NCBI GenBank assembly: GCA_964016885.1
Contig: OZ024742.1
Location: 46,934,001-46,998,000, forward strand
DNA: 64,000 nucleotides
Reading direction: 5' to 3'
DNA from: Eledone cirrhosa
Lineage: Eukaryota
The position numbers and the translations under genes are program-made. Each line of letters opens with the position of its first letter. Position 1 is the stretch's first letter. A model generated the notes under the pieces. The model saw nothing but the letters and a program-made list of their open reading frames with translations. It was not told where the DNA came from and ran no database searches. Below are positions 1-14,427 of the stretch, piece after piece.

Positions 1-2150
1 ATCCTTCTAGGTGGTGCACGCTACTGATACCTGTTCCTATCTATTTTCAAATTAGCTAGTCTTTGCCTATTAGATGTTTCATTAAAGAGTAATTGCCACT
101 GCAATCTTACTAGATAATATCAGCGGGAATAGTGGTTATTGTAAAATAAATTGTTATAAAGGAAAGAGTTTCTGTTTTACCCATGTTGATACCGTGTGTC
201 CCGTGTGCGTCTGCTTAGGGTTTGTGGCTTCGGTACATTGTCAGTTGATACTGGATTCTCTGTCTAAAGATTCTAACTCACATAGCTCCTAATTTACTAT
301 ATTGAAATTGTAGCTTGGAATTGACAAGGCCAGCGTATTTATTCAAAATGATCTTATTTAAGAATTATTGAGATCAGTTTTTAATATGTGTATAACTCTT
401 CTGTCGTATTATTTCTTAATTTTCCCTTTCATGTATTTGTGTTGTGTTTGAGCTTTTTCGTCTAACCCTTGCCTGGATGATTATCATCTAATTATCTATT
501 GAACTGTCAAAATCTAGTGTAATAATCTCAGCGCTGGTTAATATATTTTAAACTGACTTTGGCATATTTGTCTAATCCCATTCTCTCCCTAACGTCTTTG
601 CTACAACTATGAAGAACTTTTAGGTTTTCTAGTTCGGTAATGTTGTTTGTAAAGACTTTTAAGTCATCTACATGAATGAGATGAATTAAACTTTGTTTAT
701 TGCTTATGGGGTTTCGTTGAACAGGTATCTAAATGAGGCCAGAGTAAGATAAAACAAATAGGATAATAAGATGCATTGGAGAATTCCTCTTCTTATTTTA
801 TAAAACTGATTTAATAGTCTTTTATCATGGCAATCCAAAATATTTCTGCCGTGGTAATATTACTCTAGCAAATTCATGTGACCTATTACTATTTATATAT
901 TTTACTCTTTCTTTAGTTTTTTTATGACGCTAATGTTTAATTAGTCATATTGAATATAATACACACAATTGTATGTCATAGTTCAGCAGTGCCGAGGCTA
1001 CATTGTTTGTGGCGTAAGTCCAGTATCCGAGAACATGGAATGTTGAAAACCTTCTGTTAGATAATTCAGGTCATACTAAGATTCTTTTTCCTTTTTTTGC
1101 AGTAATGGCCAAATTCACCAGTAGTTACTATTTCCTGCTGTACTTTCCTCTTCGGCACCATCTATTAACACATTGTATTGTTATTTTCTAGATGTGTAAC
1201 CAGTAGCTTGTATATCATTGATGTAAGAGCTCTATATGTTGTTAGTATACATGTTATAGACCTTTGTGGTAGTATGGTGGCTTTCTTTTGGCGGATTAGA
1301 ATGGTTTGGGGTTGCTCGTATGAATCCCTTTTTTCTGTTTTTTTGTTCTGAAATCCCCAGTCACTGATTAGTTGCTTACTAGTTTGCGTCAGCATCGTTT
1401 TTTTTTTCGGAGATAATTTTGTCTCAGCGGTCGTCTAATTGCTCCATGCCTGCTGAATAGCTTTAGTTTCACGGCAGCATCATTTCCTTGTTTGAAGGTT
1501 TATATTGATTGAGTTCTATGGCGAAGTTTCTACATTTTTCTTGTAATTGAGGAAAGTGTTATGTTGGATCCGGGATCTAGATCTCTTGTAACTGAATATC
1601 ACCACGTTCTGCTCTGCTTTTTACATTTCAGTTTCATAAAATTAAATTTCAATCAGCCTTGAGATTCGAGCTACTTCACTATACGCTCAAATTAACGAAC
1701 GTGTTGGTTATGTTGTAAATCAATAATCACACTATTCATTAATATAATTCCTGAAAATAAAAACAATATATTTCAGACAACTATCCATATTTTATATTTG
1801 TTTTCTGATTGTATAAAATTATTTTAATAGAAATTCAAATATTTCTGTCGTGGTAACTTTGTTCTAAAACATTCATCTGACCAAATGCTATTTATATATT
1901 TTCCCTGTTACTGCTTTGTTTCAGACGCAAATGTTTAATTAGTCATATTGAATATAATACAGACAATTGTATTTAGATTTAATTGAAACATACATGGTTA
2001 AATAAAAATATCAAATATTAAATAAAAGCAAAATATTTCCTTTTAAGATATTTTCAAAAATATCATCAATAGTCTATTTTCGAAACAATATTTATATTCC
2101 TTGGGATAGGTGGTGGTGTTAAACAAGTTTCCATCTGAAATTGAGAAAAC
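1..2150 (-). pseudogene. Highly decayed non-LTR retrotransposon RT remnant (R4/NeSL-like)
   Basis: Minus-strand translation near 650-800 gives IRRGILQ and HLIHVDDLKVF, resembling IKRGIFQGD and HLLFMDDLKLF of the R4-type copies later in the window. There are many stops, and ~840-970 is imperfectly repeated at ~1840-1970. Limits are vague. Confidence 0.5.
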
Positions 2151-2702
2151 ACCTAATACTTTTGATGCATGAATTATAAATCTTGTCACAATAATCATTG
2201 ACAATTCTTAAATGTAACAATTATAAAGCACGCTAAATCACACAAAAAAAAGAATGTGTGAAACGAATTGACAGGACAGTTATCAGCTAATGTAAAATAA
2301 ACATACAAATTAATACCGTGGCATATCTACAATCAGCTCAAGTTTGGTTACCCTTTTATGTTTTTGTCCTCCACTTACTTTTATCATATAGATCCATGTC
2401 ATTATTTGATTCAAAGTAAGAAAAATACAAGCTGAACACCAGGAGTCATCGCTCGAATGAAAACCAGTCTTGAGAAAGCATTTCGTTCCTGTTAAGAAAC
2501 ATGATTTTCAATTCCGGAATTAACCAGCTTTCACAGTTAACAGCTAGTTAGGTAAAAATAGAGAGTGATAAAAGTGATAAAAATAGTAAAACAGAAGATA
2601 ATATTCTACTTCTAGTTCTGTACCTTCTGAGTTCGAATTCCAGTATAATTATATATTTTACTGTAACGCTTAATATTCATAAAGTATATATATATATTCA
2701 TA

Positions 2703-2705
2703 AAG

Positions 2706-2762
<57 letters not shown>

Positions 2763-2763
2763 T

Positions 2764-2855
<92 letters not shown>
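2703..2855. repeat. (TA)n microsatellite, one of dozens in the window
   Basis: Direct reading. Similar arrays occur at ~5007-5213, 5409-5498, 6324-6370, 9034-9303, 11057-11546, 16931-17002, 18709-18997, 25318-25443, 40606-40646, 49150-49445, 55020-55347, 56138-56341, 57014-57042 and 61205-61257. These arrays produce the YIYI-type spurious ORFs. Confidence 0.98.
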
Positions 2856-2857
<2 letters not shown>

Positions 2858-4400
2858 TTACAATAATCAAAGTTCAGTTTAGGTCATTTATTTGCTTACA
2901 ATTGTTTCCTCCAAACCGAGGTTTGGATTCTTCGGAGCAACTATTTACTGATCTATAACATACTTGACCTCCTTTTCAACCCAAGAGACACATAAAACAT
3001 ATGCGCATATTGATCAACAGTGGGGTGACATTCATCAAATGATATAGCATGGCAATTTACATGTAAAGGTTACAGGATAAAAATAAAAATAAAAATAAAA
3101 ATAAAAATAAAAGCAAGAATGAAAATAAAGATAAACATGAAGCGTTGGCAGTCTATGAAGATAAAGCAAGAGGAAAGCTTAGAGTAGTCAGTGTATGAAA
3201 CAATCTCACGTGTAGCATGCACGTGTGTCTTATTTATACATGATTAGAGTGCGTCAGAATGATATTTGCAGGGTCAGGCAGTTGAAGCAGACAATCGATC
3301 TTATTATGTGGGCTGAATTATTAAGTCATTTATTCTTATACATCTGTATGATATACAGTCTCGGATGCAGGGAAACACCAAAATATCAGAAACTTTCAAC
3401 ATACTATAAACCTTATTGTATCGTAGGCAAAGCCGTACCACTGTCTTCGCTCACACCACCACTCACATAATCCATGAGACGCAATATATAGAGCACGTGT
3501 CTATCGTATGATTCACGATGGTTCAGCATATATTCAAGTTATAAACCGTATCCAGTCGGTTCTTAATTAATAGATCATGCTGTCCAGATTCCGGAAGTGT
3601 CTGAATGACTAAGGGGAATTAATGCGTAAGGGGAGGTAACTAGCTAGTTATCTTAGTTAAATTACTATCCTAAAATACATTAATGGTGATTCAAATACGT
3701 GCCTATCATATGAAGTTATAACTAATTTCTAGAGTATGTTTCTCAAGTATAGGTTGGAGAGTTGTCCATTAAGAAGTACAAGGGTGTATATATTAGGATG
3801 ATTACCATACATTAAGGGGTGTCATATCCGAACATTCTATAAGAGGAGTCAGACTCTCAAGTCACTGTTCCATGCAAATGTAATATAACAGTAGGACCTG
3901 GTATGGTCCCGCTATTATATATGCCCCCCGGTAGGCTTCGGGTCATTGCATGTCTGAATCTCCTGTAAATCTTCGGTATGGTCCGGAGATCCAATTTCAC
4001 ATATAAAGGCACTAGTCTGGTCATCAAGCAATAGACAACCCCCATCTCATATATAAATCAATTAAGTATCACATCTACAAGTTAGAGTGGAGTCTATTAA
4101 TAGGTACTAAAGGAGTTCACATCAAGATGATTACAATCTGGAGATTAAATCTCTCATACCAGGGCACCTGTCTGGCCACCAAGCAATACATAAACCCACG
4201 TCCCACATATAGATCAGGTATCCCATCCACAAGTTAGAGTGGAGTCCAGTAACAAGTACTAAAGGAGTTCGTATCATGATGACTACAATCCAACATGGGG
4301 TGCCACACCCGGCCAATCCATAAGAAGAGTCAGACCACATAATTAATTACATGGGTCTCACTATCAGTAATGGTCTTATTATCATACATGACTCCCGGCG
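2856..4400 (-). mobile_element. Decayed Penelope-like element 3' part (GIY-YIG remnant plus pseudo-LTR)
   Basis: The minus strand gives degenerate NIYTL...YT*ET (YIGET-like, ~3735-3800) and RHF...LNHRESY..ASHGL (~3470-3610). An HHR motif lies at 2892-2940 and the 3' end abuts (TA)n. Confidence 0.45.
2892..2940 (-). ncRNA. Type I hammerhead ribozyme motif (U4C variant, probably decayed)
   Basis: UUGCU-CCGAAGA-A-UCCAAACC uc GGUUUGGA-G-GAAA-CAAUUG-UA-AGCAA: 5-bp stem I, 8-bp stem II and palindromic stem III. Confidence 0.7.
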
Positions 4401-5005
4401 AGATTCAGGTCGTAGTATGACTGCATCCCCAATAAATTCACCAGGGTGGTCCGGTGGCCGGTTCTCTCGTCAAAAGGTGTCAGTCAGGTCACCAGGCAAC
4501 ACAGAGGCTCCTAACTCATGCATCTCCTGTGCATAATTCATTGAACTGATCGTTTACAGTATATATTCACATAACAATACGATTATCTATCTAATCATCA
4601 ATCTATCTCTTGGTGGGAATCCATGCACAGGACTATGCTATCGCAACCAGTACCGTGTCCCCGGTTTATACTAATCTTATATTTGTGCAATGCAGATTAA
4701 GTAGTCCACGGTCGAGATATCAGAATTAGAGGTACAAGGGGATATTCCCAGGGTAGGTGGTACTAAAATGCTGCCAGTATTATCTTTAGAGTATACAAAC
4801 GGGTGTGGATGTGAGGTGTAAGGTGAGCTACTGATGTTAATTGCTATGGGTGGTGCCGGTTCCAGTCTGACATTATTATATATAGGGTTTAAAGTTTTGG
4901 AACGAGTGTCGGAAGCGGTGTTGGCAAGTTGCGAACACTTCTGATTTTTTATTAAGGAGATTATGTTTAGAGAAGATGATAGTATGGGTCTCTAGTAGAC
5001 AGAGG

Positions 5006-5057
<52 letters not shown>

Positions 5058-5127
5058 GACAGAGGTTATATATATATATATATATATATATGGATATATA
5101 TGTGTATATATATACATATATATATCC

Positions 5128-5165
<38 letters not shown>

Positions 5166-5179
5166 ATATATATAAATAA

Positions 5180-5211
<32 letters not shown>

Positions 5212-5334
5212 GTATTAATAAGAGGAATTCCAACTTTGTCTGATTTACTCGTTTTATTTACAATCCTTTAAAATATATATAATGGTATTATAATGCAATA
5301 GTATGATAGAATATTAAATTCTAAGTGTTAATTG

Positions 5335-5369
5335 AACAAGTACTTTCATGCTTTCGCAATCTTCAGGTT
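5335..5369 (-). ncRNA. Minimal type I hammerhead ribozyme motif
   Basis: AAC-CUGAAGA-U-UGC gaaa GCA-U-GAAA-GUAC-UU-GUU, with palindromic stem III AGUACU. It sits in a ~190-bp insert (5215-5408) between two (TA)n arrays. Confidence 0.7.
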
Positions 5370-5422
5370 TATGATATGTGGTGACAGTCGAGTTTGCAAT
5401 TTTCAACATATATATATATATG

Positions 5423-5497
<75 letters not shown>

Positions 5498-5499
5498 TA

Positions 5500-6322
5500 A
5501 TAAATACAATATCGGAGAAAGCTTTTTAGCGATACTCCGGCCAAATTCCAACTCACTCAACAAACATTAGGAAATAAGTGATTATATTCCCAACTATGCG
5601 TTCGGGGTGCTAACTAAAAGTATTGCGTGGAAAATTGGCTGTACTATTTCATATGAGACATATCGAATATATCTCTTCCCAGACGGACGTCTCGTTTCAT
5701 TATAGCATTCCTACAATTTGGGTTAAATTATACCAATTTATGTAGGAGCTTGTATACCATCAATAGATATATATTCAAGTGGGCTCCTATAATCCATCAG
5801 TGGGTGCCCCAATAATACTAATATTGATAATCTAACCAACATCAGTATTCAGCGATAATCATCATCTGTGCCTGAGGTATCTGTCAGGTTGCCAGTCCAG
5901 CAGTTCTAAAGAAATGCTCAAACTGATTCAAAAATGAGGAAGTAAATTACCGCAAAAAAAAAACAATACATGCGCATGACAATGAACTCTAAAAGGAATT
6001 CAGGCCACGTGCTAAGAACTCAATTAGAAATTGAAAAAAATCTATGTGTGTACAAGATTTGATGACACACACAGATATTTTCTCGGGCAAAATAACAGAA
6101 TGAGATATAAGGAACAATCAATATTCATATATAAAAAATAAACAAAGAAATTCTAACCTTATACCGGGAAAATTTCAAATCTGCTGCGCCAAGAGTAAAT
6201 AAATAAATACAATATCGGAGAAAGCTTTTTAGCGATACTCCGGCCGAATTCCAACTCACTCAACAAACATTAGGAAATAAGTGAGTATATTCCCAATTAT
6301 GCGTTCGGGGTGGTAACTAAAA

Positions 6323-6325
<3 letters not shown>
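5500..6325 (-). mobile_element. Non-coding element with ~123-bp terminal direct repeats (period ~703 bp), pLTR/retrozyme-like
   Basis: 5500-5622 is repeated at 6203-6325, with (TA)n on both sides. A decayed HHR-like fold lies at 5665-5776 (minus) and there is no ORF. Confidence 0.7.
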
Positions 6326-6369
<44 letters not shown>

Positions 6370-6376
<7 letters not shown>

Positions 6377-6480
6377 GTGAGGTTTCTTTTACAAAATGAA
6401 AAATAACCGAGGTGTCCTACACGAGTGAAAGTATAAAGAAAAAGAGATGAAATCGAAAATACAACTGGAGTCTTATTTTT

Positions 6481-6533
<53 letters not shown>

Positions 6534-6595
6534 TTGGTTCCTTTACCGGTTTCGCAGTTCTTCTGCTTTCCAAAAGGTGAGTTGAGATGGAGGGA
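6370..6595 (-). mobile_element. pLTR-like repeat family carrying a U3-A8 hammerhead (copy 1)
   Basis: The same sequence occurs at 24583-24945, 25940-26092 and 55348-55825. The HHR motif is at 6540-6577 (this copy reads UUGGAAA). The 3' end is at (TA)n. Confidence 0.8.
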
Positions 6596-6617
6596 AAAAT
6601 TTGTCAGCATATACATC

Positions 6618-9171
<2,554 letters not shown>

Positions 9172-9211
9172 CTTTATATATATAAATAAATATATATATA
9201 TATATATATAT

Positions 9212-9298
<87 letters not shown>

Positions 9299-9305
9299 TA
9301 TAAAT

Positions 9306-9824
9306 AAGTTAAAACAATGAAATAAAAAATCAAGTCATTAGAGATACACTTCACTGCTTTACGATCGTTTCTAGGTGATGATAATACATTGTAGCTATAC
9401 TCCGTTATTGATCTATGTAAGGTTAGTTACAAAATATCAGATAAAGGGAATATTTACTTACATTCATATCACCAGCTGTTTTCAAAAGCAATAATAATTT
9501 TATTCAGAATTAGTAGTATGTTAGTATCATGTCCTTATTTGGAAGTAGTTGAAGAACTAACCTATCAAATTGTTTTTTTCATATGGTGTTAAGATGAAAA
9601 GTAATACACTTTAGTTAAGGTCATGACCCTTTGAAAGGAATGGCTGAATGGTGTTAATAGTAGAATTGGCATAAACATCTATTAGGAGGAAAGGGATTGT
9701 CAAACTGATAGTTGAATGTATCTGGTATAGTGAAGTTTAAAAGGAATGTAAAAATAAATGGTGATTAGTGTTGTATTGAGTACACCTCTAATGGCTTGAT
9801 TTTTTATTTCATTGTTTTAACTTA
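9306..9824 (-). mobile_element. Decayed PLE-like 3' remnant with inverted terminal copy
   Basis: 9306-9350 is inverted at ~9779-9824. A half hammerhead motif GAAA-CGAUCG-UA lies on the minus strand at ~9358-9372, next to (TA)n. Confidence 0.4.
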
Positions 9825-9980
9825 TATCATGACTCTGTTTTCCTTTTAAATGTTTTATTGTTTTCTGGGATTTATCTTAACCTACAACATTTTCAACATA
9901 TGGATTACATCGAGTTCTTCATGCAGAATAGACCCCACAACTTACTGTGGATACCTCTGTATATATATATATATATATAT

Positions 9981-11052
9981 ATTACACAAATAGAAGTGTG
10001 TTACACAGTGAAATGTGTGTAAAGGATTATTACTAGTGATTTTTCCGTTACTGTATAGAAAACAATATCTACAGGTTTAGCAATTAAATAGAAAAAAACC
10101 TAAGTCAGAATTAAATTGCTGAAGTAGAGTTTTAAATTACTAACCTTATAACTATAAGTTTGCAGATACGAATTAAGTTCGTTTCGCCACAGAAATGTGA
10201 AGTTTAACAGCCATAGGTTCATCAGTCAGCAAATGTGGATTCTGTTTACGACACATTTAGCCTCATGGATAGAGAGAAAGCTAATATACACGCTGCCCAG
10301 GGTAGGGCAAAATCACGTGTTATTTGCATCAAATAACGGTTCTCGTGGATTGGGGAAAATGCTAGAGAGGGCAGCCCAACCATTCGAATTTATTAGCTCA
10401 ACAATTTGGAGCTCGTTAAGTACAAGGATCGGAATTAAGAGTATTCCGCAGTTCACAGTAATAATAATAATAATATTAGCTCAAAGAAGAATAGAGAATT
10501 TTCTTCTGAGCTCGGATACAAATATATTACACAAATAGAAGTGTTTACACAGTGAAATGTGTGTAAAGGATTATTACAAGTGATTTTTACCGTTACTGTA
10601 TAGAAAACAATATCTACAGTTTTAGCAATTAAATAGAAAAAAACCTAAGTCAGAATCAAATTACTGAAGTAGAGTTTTAAATTTAAGTTGGTTTCGCCAC
10701 AGACATGTGCAGTTGAACAGCCTCACTGCACATTTCTGTGGCGAAACGAACTTGATTCGTATCAGCAAACTTAAAGTTATAAGGTTAGTAATTTAAAACT
10801 CTACTTCAGTAATTTGATTCTGACTTAGGTTTTTTTCTATTTAATTGCTAAACCTGTAGATATTGTTTTTTATACAGTAACGGTAAAAATCACTTGTAAT
10901 AATCCTTTACACACATTTCACTGTGTAACACACTTCTATTTGTGTAATATATTTATATCCGAGCTCAGAAGAAAATTCTCTATTCTTCTTTGAGCTAATA
11001 TTATTATTATTATTACTGTGAACTGCGGAATAATACTCTTAATTCCGATTCT

Positions 11053-11057
<5 letters not shown>
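9981..11057. mobile_element. Non-coding hammerhead element: ~546-bp monomer, partial tandem copy and inverted copy
   Basis: The unit starts at 9981 and again at 10527; 10723-11057 is the reverse complement. (TA)n lies on both sides and there is no protein motif. Confidence 0.85.
10159..10233 (-). ncRNA. Type I hammerhead ribozyme
   Basis: UUUGCUGA-CUGAUGA-stem II-GAAA-CGAA cuuaa UUCG-UA-UCUGCAAA. The inverted copy at ~10742-10769 has UCAGCAAA, so the consensus stem I is a perfect 8 bp. Confidence 0.85.
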
Positions 11058-11116
<59 letters not shown>

Positions 11117-11165
11117 TATATAAATTAGAATTGTTGCTCTGAAATAGCTATATATATATGAATGT

Positions 11166-11327
11166 ATATATAGTGTATTTTGCAATACACTGTATGCTTA
11201 ATAAAAAGCATTTTTGAAGACCTTATGCTATTGTTTTAGAGTAGTCACTACTCTAAAACAATAGCATACGGTCTTCAAAATGCTTTTTATTAAGCATACA
11301 ATGTATTGCAAAATACACTATATATAC
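11166..11327. repeat. Near-perfect palindrome (~80-bp arms) between TA-rich arrays
   Basis: ...gctattgttttagagtag tca ctactctaaaacaatagc..., with arms that continue to pair outward. Confidence 0.9.
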
Positions 11328-11328
11328 C

Positions 11329-11372
<44 letters not shown>

Positions 11373-11386
11373 TATATTTATATATG

Positions 11387-11422
<36 letters not shown>

Positions 11423-11442
11423 CATATATATATTTATATATG

Positions 11443-11521
<79 letters not shown>

Positions 11522-11546
11522 GTATATATATATACATATATATATA

Positions 11547-11994
11547 TCTTATATATAAAGTGAAGTTGGGCGCTGTTTGATGTACCGAACTTGCATGCTA
11601 CACCGTTCATCCAATTTCCATGAAACCTCACATATATAAAACTCAACGCGTAGAGTGGAATAGGCTACGTGAAAATTTCGAAAAATCGATAATCGGGACC
11701 CCAGAAGACAAAAATCGATATTTTCAAAAATCGATGAAACTCGACGCAAGTGTGTATTTTGATCCGGGGATAAACCTGCGCTACATTAAATTTTCGAAAA
11801 ATCGATAATTGGATCACCAGAGGCAAAAATCAGGACAACTCTAACTTACTCTCTTTCCCTCTCTTCCACATCACTGGCGCAGCCAAAACCTCCTGCCTGC
11901 TGATAAAATACATACATAGATAAACACACACATATATAGTTATGTATATATGTATATGTGTGTATATATATATATATATGTGTGTGTGTATATA

Positions 11995-12039
<45 letters not shown>

Positions 12040-13272
12040 ATATATATGTCGTCCCACTGCATCGTCATGCCTCACCATGCCGCATCCATGCTCTGTCAGC
12101 CACCATGCCCTCCCCTTCCATCTCCCTTACCCGCACGACTTGGTCCTTCACGAGTGCCATGGTTCACCATGCGGAATCCCTGCAACCGTCAATCCCGGCC
12201 ATCTCCCTTCCCTGCACGCCGTCGTCCCACTGCATCGTCATGCATCACCATGCCGCATCAATGCTCTGTCAGCCACCATCCCCTCCTTGGCCCTTTCTTT
12301 TTTCTGACCGCAGTGCTCCTTCAAGACTGCCATGGATCACCATGCGGCATCCTTGCCACCGTCCACCCCTGCCCTCTTCCTTGCCTGCTGGCCGTCGCCC
12401 CACTACATCTTCATGCCTCAGGATGCCGCCTGCATGCACTGTCAGCCACCATCCCATCCTCGGCCCTTTCTTTTGCCTCACCGCCGTGCTCCTTCAAGAC
12501 TCCCATGGCTATCTATGCCGCATCAATTCCTTGCCACCCGCTTAAATGTCATCAGTATGGCTTATTGTTGCCTCATTTGATCACCGATTTTCGCAGGCTA
12601 AACACAATACCAACGTGCACGATAGTCCATGGTAAATCTTTTTAATTACATGTTCTTGAGGCTGTTGCAAAGGGCAATAACCCTAGACGCAATTTTGATC
12701 AACTTTTTTTCACATATAGAAAATTTACCGGGACAGGTCTTTAGCTACTCAAATCTACTTCAGAGGTCACGCGTTCATGTAAAAAATCAATAAAACTGAA
12801 GCGGGGGTTCGACTTTGCTCAAAAAACAAGGCAAAGTTGCAGATGGGATAATTTTTTACAGGAACGTCCGATTTTCATGAAAACTGTCGCAAATGAATCG
12901 TCCATTATGCCGCGATTCAGATAAAGTCCCTTTTATTTCTTCTTCTGCACATGTGAGCGCCAAAATTGTAAAGAAAAAAAAAATTTGAAAAAATCGACTT
13001 TTTCACCCTGCTTTAAAAATCAACTGAAAATTCAATTTCAAGTGAATTTGACTTCCGTCAGTCTTGCAAAGAACAATTTCAACGATACACTGTGAACCTA
13101 CAACTGAACCATTATTTATGGTCAATTACACACCTGCGTATACTAACCTCTGTTATTTTCCTTGAGGTTCGAAGGTTTTTGCACCTGTGATGCGCGGGAA
13201 GTAACTTTCAAACATTTTAACAACAGACCAAAGGTCGACTTACACCCGGGCAACGCCGGGTACTTCTGGTAG
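11547..13272 (+). mobile_element. Non-autonomous Helitron
   Basis: 5' TC (a|tcttatatataaag), a subterminal hairpin acccgg-gcaacg-ccgggt and a 3' end ctgGTAG|t (CTAG-like). It is inserted between A and T within (TA)n. Confidence 0.75.
12048..12545 (+). repeat. GC-rich tandem repeat, ~173-bp unit x ~3, inside the Helitron
   Basis: The unit start gtcgtcccactgcatcgtcatgc occurs at ~12048, 12221 and (diverged) 12393. Confidence 0.85.
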
Positions 13273-13309
<37 letters not shown>

Positions 13310-13368
13310 TCGCGTGACACACGAAGCTACAAGCACATATACATATGTATATGTATATACATATATAT

Positions 13369-13442
<74 letters not shown>

Positions 13443-14386
13443 ATGTAAATATATATGTGTGTGTGTGTGTGTGTGTATTAAACATTTTGGATGGCCGTTG
13501 ACTCTCCTGAGTTCCTCCGCCCTTTGACTGGTTTTATTTTTCATCCCGCAGGGTGTCCGAAATCCCCCTCGTCACTAACCAAGCTTTGTCGGGCCGCCGA
13601 TTTAGTCGCCGACGGCCCGACCATGCACAAGATCTACTGGGTTATATGGTACCAGTAGCACTGAACAGCGACCTGACACTTGACACCATATATATATATA
13701 TATATATGGTGTCAAGTGTCATATATATATATATATATATATATATAGGGAGGTAGGGAGATAGAGATAAGACAATATGGATATACATATAACACGTAGT
13801 TTGATTGAATATTGAGTGTTTGAAACTCGCAGCAGATTACTCACTTTTCACTGACTTATTCATATTTCTCAACTTGTATAAGTTTGTGTTGTCAAACATT
13901 AAGAAACCTATATGATTAAGTGATATTTAAATGGATAAGAACATGAATGTCTGTAGAATATTCTATTTATAACCAGAGTAATCTGCCTAGGAATGTGAGT
14001 ACATTCAATGTAGCATTAAAACATCGTCGCAATGGACATTTTGCCTATTTAATTCGAATCTTTCAGCTGTATTGGTTCTTGTTCTTGTCATGACATTCAA
14101 CCTGAGTAGAATCAACTAATATGGATCATTAAATACGTTGACTGTATAGAAACATTAAATATACAAGTCGGTGTGTTGGAATACTTTTATTGGTAGAGGA
14201 AAGGTAGAATTTGAACATTTGAAATGAAAGAAAACCTACTTAACGCTAACTCATAGATATTTATTTATGAGAGGATTTTAAAACATATCTCATGAGCTGC
14301 ACGTATCATCCACTTACAAACCAACAGAATTTTAATGGATTTTAAATAAAGTAGTTTAAAAAAAATCCAAACGCATTCCTGAATAT

Positions 14387-14421
<35 letters not shown>

Positions 14422-14427
<6 letters not shown>

